A DNA stretch of 64,000 nucleotides from an uncultured Elusimicrobiales bacterium. Its GTDB lineage: Bacteria > Elusimicrobiota > Elusimicrobia > Elusimicrobiales > Elusimicrobiaceae. Made by a program: the position numbers and the translations under genes. The notes beneath the pieces were generated by a model. It saw only the letters and a list, made by a program, of their open reading frames with translations. It made no database searches and was not told the DNA's origin. The stretch is taken from assembly GCA_934662565.1 (NCBI GenBank), contig CAKUKI010000004.1:98049-162048 (forward strand), written 5' to 3'. Shown here one piece after another: positions 57,807-64,000 of this stretch (positions within the stretch are counted from its first letter, which is position 1; each line of letters opens with the position of its first letter).

Positions 57807-59622
57807 TTTCTCTATCGTGGCACATATTGACCACGGCAAAACCACCCTTTCGGACCGTATTTTGGAAGACACCGGCACCGTGCCCAAGCGCAAAATGCAG
57901 GCCCAACTGTTAGACGGTATGGACCTAGAACGCGAACGCGGCATTACCATTAAAGCCAAAGCGGTACGCATTAAATATAAAGATTATATTTTGAACTTGA
58001 TTGACACCCCCGGCCATGTGGATTTTTCCTACGAGGTGGCCCGCTCTTTGCGCGCGTGCGAAGGGGTGCTGCTGTTGGTGGATGCCTCGCAAGGGGTGGA
58101 AGCGCAAACGGTGGCGCACGCTCATTTGGCCAAAAAATTAGGGCTTACCATTATCCCGGTTATGAACAAGGTGGATTTGTCCCAGTCGGATGCGGACGCG
58201 TCCGAAGAACAACTGTGGGATATTTTGGGCGAGCCCATTGAGGCGGAGCGCGTCAGCGCCAAAACTGGGCTGGGGATAGAACACCTGCTGGACCGCATTA
58301 TTGCGGATATTCCCGCCCCGCAAGGGGATGAAAACGCCCCCGTGCGCGCCCTGATTTTTGACTCTTTTTATGATGCTTTCCGCGGCGTAATTATGTATGT
58401 GCGCATGGTGGACGGCACCTTAAAACCGGGGCAAACCATCCGGTTTATGTCCTCCGGTGCAACCTATAAAATTGAAGAACTGGGCTATATGACCCCCAAA
58501 CAACTGCATAAAGACGCACAGTTAAGCGCGGGGGAAGTAGGCTATGTGGTGGCCGGTATTAAAGATATCCACCAAGTAAAAGTGGGGGATACCGTCACGT
58601 TGGCCGAGCGCCCGGCCCAAACGCCCTTACCGGGGTACGAAGACGCCAAACCGGTGGTTTTTGCCAGTATCTTTCCCATAGAAACTACCGATTTTCCCCT
58701 CTTGCGTACGGCGCTTGAAAAACTGAATTTGTCGGATTCTTCTTTCCACTACCAGAGCGAAACTTCCAAAGCGCTGGGCTTTGGGTTCCGCTTGGGTTTT
58801 ATGGGCATTTTACATATAGAAATTGTAAAAGAGCGTTTGGAAAGAGAGTTTAATTTATCGTTGATTGCCACCTCTCCCAACGTGGTGTATCACGTTAAAT
58901 TTACGCCGCGCAAAACGCACCCGCAGGAGCTTTCCGCCTTGCCGGACGCTACGGACGACCCGGGCTATAAAATTATTGATAATCCGGCCAACTTCCCGCC
59001 GCACGGCGATATTATAGACATCAAAGAGCCCGTCATCCACATTACCATTGTCACGCCGGTTGAATTTATGGACGGGGTCATGACCCTGCTGAAAGAAAAA
59101 CGCGGTACGTTTATGAATTTGGACCACCTTTCCAACCAGCGTGTCATTGTGAAGTACGAAATGCCTATGGGGGAAATGGTGATAGACTTTTACAATAAGT
59201 TAAAATCCGTTTCCAAGGGGTACGCTTCGTTTGATTACGAGGTGGCCGGTTTCCGCAGTTCGGACGTGGTACTTATGGAAATTTTACTGCACGGTACTCC
59301 GGTGGATGCGCTTTCCGTGGTGGTGCATAAAGACAAGGCCCAAACGCTGGGCCGCGCGTTGTGCGCCAAGTTAAAAGAGCTTATCGGCCGCCAACAGTTT
59401 GAAGTAGCCGTGCAAGCCGCCGTCAACGGCAAAGTAATTGCGCGCGAAACTATTCCCGCCTTCCGCAAAGACGTAATTGCCAAGTGTTATGGGGGGGATA
59501 TTTCCCGCAAGCGCAAACTGTTGGAAAAACAGAAAGAAGGTAAAAAACGCATGAAGTCTATCGGCAGCCTGAACATTCCGCAGGAAGCCTTTGTTTCCAT
59601 GCTTAAAATAAGCGAAGAATAA
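57793..59622 (+). CDS. lepA: elongation factor 4 (LepA)
   Basis: [32 protein letters not shown] and a LepA C-terminal domain. ATG at 57793 is preferred over the TTG at 57778. Confidence 0.95.
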   Translation: [609 protein letters not shown]

Positions 59623-59667
59623 CGCCCCCTCGGGCCGGACGTTAAAATTTGGTAAAATATCCGTAAT

Positions 59668-60534
59668 ATGCTTTTAGAAGGAAAAACACTTGCCGCAACT
59701 ATACGCCAAAGCCTGCCGGAGCGGGCGGAAGCCGTGCGCCGTAAATTGGGCCGCGCGCTCAAGCTCTATGCCTATGGTAATGCGGACGATTACGCCGCGT
59801 ATGTGTATTTGCATAAAGAGGTGCAGGCCGCCCAAAAGTTAGGGGTGGAAGCGCGCGTTTTTCCGTTATCGGCCGATATGGACGCGGCAGCATTTTTGGA
59901 AATGCTAACCAGCGCTTCTAAAGACCCGTTGGTAGATGCTATTTTAATCGCGCGGCCGTTGCCCCCGCAGTTGGCGGCCTGCGGCTATGAGCGCGTACTG
60001 GCGCCGGAAAAGGACATAGACGGTATGTCTTGCGCCAATATGGGTAATTTGTTTTTGTGTAAAACATGGCAGGAAGTGGAACACCTTTCCGGTTTTGTGC
60101 CTTGTACGGCGCGGGCCGTGGTGCGGTTGCTCCAATACCACCATATTCCCTTGGAGGGAGTGGAAGCCGCGGTAATCGGCCGTTCCCCCACCGTGGGCCG
60201 CCCGCTGGCACATTTGCTGACGTGCCAAAATGCCACAGTAAAAATCTGCCATACCAAAACGCAGGATTTGAAACAGTCCTTGGCGGGCGCGCAGTTAATT
60301 TGTTGCGCCGCCGGCAAAGCGGGCCTGTTGCGCGCGGATATGGTGTGCGGCGGCAGTACGGTCATTGATATTGCCACCAACTTATCGCCCAACGGCGCTT
60401 TGTGCGGGGATGCAGACACCGCCGCCCTGCTGGCTAAGGGGTGTAAAGTTTCCCCGGTGCCGGGTGGGGTGGGGCCGGTCACGCTTGCGTGCCTGCTGGA
60501 AAACATTATATTATCAGGTGAAAGGAAAATTTAA
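59668..60534 (+). CDS. folD: bifunctional methylenetetrahydrofolate dehydrogenase/methenyltetrahydrofolate cyclohydrolase
   Basis: GKTLAATIRQSL, VIGRSPTVGRPLAHLL and PVPGGVGPVTLACLLEN. Confidence 0.9.
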   Translation: MLLEGKTLAATIRQSLPERAEAVRRKLGRALKLYAYGNADDYAAYVYLHKEVQAAQKLGVEARVFPLSADMDAAAFLEMLTSASKDPLVDAILIARPLPPQLAACGYERVLAPEKDIDGMSCANMGNLFLCKTWQEVEHLSGFVPCTARAVVRLLQYHHIPLEGVEAAVIGRSPTVGRPLAHLLTCQNATVKICHTKTQDLKQSLAGAQLICCAAGKAGLLRADMVCGGSTVIDIATNLSPNGALCGDADTAALLAKGCKVSPVPGGVGPVTLACLLENIILSGERKI

Positions 60535-60543
60535 GGAGAATCT

Positions 60544-60954
60544 ATGAAAACATGGTCCCAAGTGATTGCATTGTTATTGTGCGTGGGTTTGTTGGCCGCG
60601 TGCACCGGTAATGCGCGTAAAGCAAAATACAACCGTAAAATTTATTTAACGGAAGAAGATTACCTGTCCGACCTTGCCCCTCAGGCCGAAAAAGAACGCC
60701 GCGAGGCGCCGCCGGTGGTGGAATCGGAATATATTTTTAATTTGGAGCCGTCCCAAGACCAAAAAAATATTTATTTTTATGATGACCGCCAACAGCCGCA
60801 AGTGCCCGGTGTACCTAACGACGGCGACTATAAAAAAGAAAAACGCCTTTGGCAAAAGCCTAAACGCTATGCGCCGGGCGAATATGGTGCCACCGCGGGC
60901 GCGGCGGAAGAATCGTCCTCATCGGGTGATGTGGGCGAAGAAGAATTTGAATAA
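60544..60954 (+). CDS. hypothetical lipoprotein
   Basis: MKTWSQVIALLLCVGLLAAC (lipobox LAAC), followed by an acidic, charged 115-aa tail. Confidence 0.55.
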   Translation: MKTWSQVIALLLCVGLLAACTGNARKAKYNRKIYLTEEDYLSDLAPQAEKERREAPPVVESEYIFNLEPSQDQKNIYFYDDRQQPQVPGVPNDGDYKKEKRLWQKPKRYAPGEYGATAGAAEESSSSGDVGEEEFE

Positions 60955-61154
60955 GCCTTTGTATAAAACCCAGTCGGTCCGGCTGGGTTTTGCGGTTTAG
61001 GCGGGGCTTTCCGTCCGCGCAAAGGTTTTAGGGTGTAATTGCCAAAAAATATTACCCCATTTAGTTTTACCCATTGGGCCATGCGGCCGCCCCGTGCAGA
61101 GCGGATGTTGGGGGCGGTGGAGGGGAAAGGCAACTATTATTTTTGCAAAAAAAC

Positions 61155-61182
61155 TTTCCTTTTGGCTTAAATTCTGTATAAT
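61155..61182 (+). promoter_or_regulatory. candidate promoter of the autotransporter gene (perfect -10 TATAAT, weak -35)
   Basis: TATAAT at 61177-61182 with TTTCCT 16 nt upstream. The gene ATG is 43 nt downstream with a GGAGG RBS. Confidence 0.3.
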
Positions 61183-61224
61183 AGGGATATACTGCTTTTT
61201 TTATACATATAAATTGGAGGATAA

Positions 61225-64000
61225 ATGAGAAAGTTTCTCACTGCAGTTTTTTGTGTGTTGTTTGCACCTTTGTTTGTGCAGGCGGCACAAGATCTTCAAA
61301 TAAACTGGGACGGCCAAAACCACGACCGTGAAATTATAGATGATTCCAACGATAATAACCCGTTGGCTATTGTTGGTGCCGGCTCGGTGGATATGGGGGC
61401 GATTAATGGCGCTTCCATGACGGTAAACGGCAAAAACATCAATATTAATAATGATGCCACTGCCCAAAAAGTTTACGATTCTGTCACCCATGATTCGTTT
61501 CAAACACCGGTCTTGAGCCAAGAACATTACGGCGCGTATGTGGCTGGCGGTGCTGCGTACAGAAATAACGTCACCAACAGCTCCGTAAGCATGACGGGCA
61601 CGAACCTACAGGGTAGAAATGTAATCGGTGGGGCTTCCCTCCTGTTAGACAGTACGGACCGTTTTGGTGATTATTCGGCCAACAATAACTCCGTCACTAT
61701 CAGCGGCGGAAGCCTTAGTTTTTATAATTATACCGCCCCCGGCGCCACGGCTGCCACTTATGGCGGCATGGTGTATGGCGGCTATACCAATTTTGCCAAA
61801 GGCTCTGCCAATAATAACACTGTTATTATTCAGGACGGCGCCGTGGTGCAGGGTAGCGTCATCGGCGGATACACGGAACACCGCTTAACGGCAGACGATA
61901 TTGAAGCTACGGACGGTGTAATAGGCACCAATGCCAGCGGCAACTATGTACTGGTAAAAGATTCTACCGTCGCCGGTATGGTGATGGGTGCGTCTGGTGC
62001 GGCAACCTCCAACAATAACACCGTTATTATTGATCACTCCAATGTGGGTATGGCCTTTGGGGCGTTTATCGGCACGGGTATTACGGACGGCACGTCTTCT
62101 GTCGTTGATATGAATAACAACACCGTTATTATCAAAAACGGCAGTACGGTTGCCGCCATGGCTATGGCTGTTATGAACAGCTCTGTCAACGCGCAAGGCA
62201 ATACCATGACGTTGGATAATGCTACGCTGGCTTCTGGCTCGGTTTATTCCGTTTTGATGCACTTAGGCCACGATACATCAGGCAATCCTGTTGGGGCTAC
62301 GGTGGCAAACAACACCTTAAACTTGCATAATTTAACCAATACTTTTAGTGAAGTTGGCGCCACTGTCAACTTGGCCGGTACCTCCAACGGCAACAAAGTA
62401 AACATTACAAATTCCAATTTAACGGTGGCAAATGCGTCCGGCAAATTCTTTGGGGATACGTTGGATTTTGCCAAACTTTCCACGAACCAACTGTTGCCCA
62501 CGGATATCCCTGCGGACAAAGGGCTCATTTTTGGTGGGGCCAGCATGACCTACAACAGCCAAACCAATACCACCCCGTCGGAAGAAGCGCCTGACAAGGT
62601 GGAAGTGTCTTTCAATGGTACGAACAGTGACGGCAACACCGTTTCTATTGCGGGCGGGGATTCCGTAAAAACCGTAGATGCCAACATTTTTGGTGGTTTT
62701 GCAGCATATATTAATGAAGTGGATTATACGACTACAAAGGATGAAACCTCTGAAGCGGGGGCTACTGTCACAACTACTACAACGGTTAAAAAAGAAGGCC
62801 TGACGACCACTACCACCACAACAAAGACGGGTGCTGCGGCGGAAACATCTACAGAAGTAGCAGAAAAAATTGATGATGTGTATTCTGCCTCTAACAATAC
62901 GGTTGTTTTGGATAACGTAAAACTGAAAGGCAAAGTATACGGCGGTTATGTGTACGGGGCAGAGCTCAAGACGGATAATATGCTCACCCGCAATAACACC
63001 GTTATTTTGCGCAACAAGGTGGAATTGGACCCGACGGCCGTTATTTACGGCGGCAACAACACGGTGGGTGCTACCACCAACCGCTTGGTGTTTGACCGCA
63101 CGATTGGTACGTTTACCAATAAAAACCAATTCAAAAACTTTTACCCTTGGTGGGCCATTAATGCAGACTTTAACACGGACTTGCATTTTGATTTTGACGT
63201 TAAAGCCTATATGGCATTAGATAAAACCGCCATGCGGGAAGGTTCCAAAGTAGTGGTCACTACCAAAAGCACGACGGACCTAACCGAGGTGGGCGAAGGC
63301 GGAAACGTGTATGACTTGCTGAGCAGCGGCATTGTGCTGACCCAGAAAAAAGTAGGCGTGTATTCTTACGATTTAACCGCCACCAGAGGTTCCGGCAGCA
63401 CGGACGTGAACTGGACCCTTATCAGCACAAAAGATAAAGCCAATGCCGAAGTTTACGGCCAGTTGCCGTTAGTCGGTTTGGCGTTAATCAGCGAAGGGCC
63501 GGAAATGCTCACCAAAACCTTGAATGATTTGTGGAAGAACGAAACCGAACAGAGCACCTTTGTAAACGGCGGTTATCACCACACCCGCTATAAAACGGGC
63601 AGCGGTTTTGATTTGGACTCCGGCCTGATGCAAGCGGGCGCTTGGAAGAAATTGACGAACGATTGGGCATTAGGGCTGTTTGCTAAATATGCCGGCGGTT
63701 CTTACGAAACCTACCCGATTAAAGTGACCGGCGATGCCAGCGTGTTTGGCGGCGGGTTGATGACCTCTGTGCGCTATAGCGAAACGGGCCGCTTGGAAGC
63801 CACGGTGGAAGCCGGCTATATGGATGCCAAGTTCAAATCGGACGAACTGTTATCCAGCTTTAAGAGCAAAGGGATGTACTACGGCGCCAGCGCGGGCGTA
63901 GTGGAAAACCCGTTGGATGACTTGAGCATGTTTGCCAACTTTAACTGGAAACGCAAAGCGTCTGACGATATTACCGACGATTTGGACCAGAAAATTGAAT
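61225..64000 (+). CDS. autotransporter (type Va) protein with a repeat-rich passenger domain, partial (runs off the window end)
   Basis: Not in the ORF track because no stop lies in the window. My manual translation is open from ATG 61225 (GGAGG RBS) to nt 64000 and begins with signal peptide MRKFLTAVFCVLFAPLFVQA. The NNNTVII(x)G repeat occurs 5 or more times (SANNNTVIIQDGAVVQGSVIGGY, SNNNTVIIDHSNVGMAFGA, MNNNTVIIKNGSTVAAMAMA, SNNTVVLDNVKLKGKVYGGY, RNNTVILRNKVEL). A Thr-rich linker (TTTTVKKEGLTTTTTTTKTGAAAETSTE) follows. From about nt 63450 the beta-barrel translocator begins (…GFDLDSGLMQAGAWKKLTNDWALGLFAKYAGGSYE…). Confidence 0.75.
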   Translation, partial: MRKFLTAVFCVLFAPLFVQAAQDLQINWDGQNHDREIIDDSNDNNPLAIVGAGSVDMGAINGASMTVNGKNININNDATAQKVYDSVTHDSFQTPVLSQEHYGAYVAGGAAYRNNVTNSSVSMTGTNLQGRNVIGGASLLLDSTDRFGDYSANNNSVTISGGSLSFYNYTAPGATAATYGGMVYGGYTNFAKGSANNNTVIIQDGAVVQGSVIGGYTEHRLTADDIEATDGVIGTNASGNYVLVKDSTVAGMVMGASGAATSNNNTVIIDHSNVGMAFGAFIGTGITDGTSSVVDMNNNTVIIKNGSTVAAMAMAVMNSSVNAQGNTMTLDNATLASGSVYSVLMHLGHDTSGNPVGATVANNTLNLHNLTNTFSEVGATVNLAGTSNGNKVNITNSNLTVANASGKFFGDTLDFAKLSTNQLLPTDIPADKGLIFGGASMTYNSQTNTTPSEEAPDKVEVSFNGTNSDGNTVSIAGGDSVKTVDANIFGGFAAYINEVDYTTTKDETSEAGATVTTTTTVKKEGLTTTTTTTKTGAAAETSTEVAEKIDDVYSASNNTVVLDNVKLKGKVYGGYVYGAELKTDNMLTRNNTVILRNKVELDPTAVIYGGNNTVGATTNRLVFDRTIGTFTNKNQFKNFYPWWAINADFNTDLHFDFDVKAYMALDKTAMREGSKVVVTTKSTTDLTEVGEGGNVYDLLSSGIVLTQKKVGVYSYDLTATRGSGSTDVNWTLISTKDKANAEVYGQLPLVGLALISEGPEMLTKTLNDLWKNETEQSTFVNGGYHHTRYKTGSGFDLDSGLMQAGAWKKLTNDWALGLFAKYAGGSYETYPIKVTGDASVFGGGLMTSVRYSETGRLEATVEAGYMDAKFKSDELLSSFKSKGMYYGASAGVVENPLDDLSMFANFNWKRKASDDITDDLDQKIE

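Noticed and set aside
62700-62850. Short tandem ACT/ACC/ACA runs resembling a simple-sequence repeat array.
   Set aside because: They are in frame and encode a poly-Thr linker within the autotransporter. This is not a CRISPR or other non-coding repeat.
61885-63186. Minus-strand ORFs (125, 100, 255 aa) listed in the ORF track across the autotransporter region.
   Set aside because: The plus-strand frame is open for more than 2.7 kb with a signal peptide, repeats and a barrel domain. The minus-strand ORFs are Arg/Gly/Val-rich artefacts of the repeat codons.

Overview
This is a 64-kb chromosomal window from a moderately GC-rich (about 50-55% by eye) diderm bacterium. Almost all of it is densely packed core genes, including ampG (partial), uvrB, murE-murD, tilS, coaD, secA, lnt, prfB, hemW, mscL, nfo, smc, lepA and folD. 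There is also a consolidated hpf-hprK-rapZ block followed by a complete mannose-family PTS (IIA, IIB, IIC, IID, HPr, EI). Three tRNAs are present: Val-CAC and Gly-GCC on the minus strand and Ala-GGC on the plus strand. Lnt, a GT8/GT9 LPS-type glycosyltransferase cluster and an autotransporter indicate an outer membrane. I saw no CRISPR array, transposase, integrase, phage genes or restriction-modification genes. The standout is one intact 7,017-nt ORF (16936..23952) encoding a 2,338-aa protein. It has a Sec signal peptide and about 1,200 aa with no recognisable domains. These are followed by two tandem MFS-transporter-like polytopic modules carrying motif-A-like loops. I do not recognise this architecture and consider it the prime candidate for an undescribed system. 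Further accessory-type content is three Sec-signal ankyrin-repeat proteins at two loci, a repeat-rich autotransporter running off the window end, and a tRNA-Val 3'-end fragment duplicated with its own terminator 180 bp from the intact tRNA-Val. Also accessory-type are an MscL with a C-terminal CxxC..CxxC zinc-ribbon tail, a frameshift-less prfB, a CofE-like ligase coupled to hemW, a truncated GT2, a 74-aa tandem-repeat mini-protein, and a 560-bp structured intergenic region upstream of hpf. All calls come from reading the ORF translations and the raw sequence, and no database search was possible.
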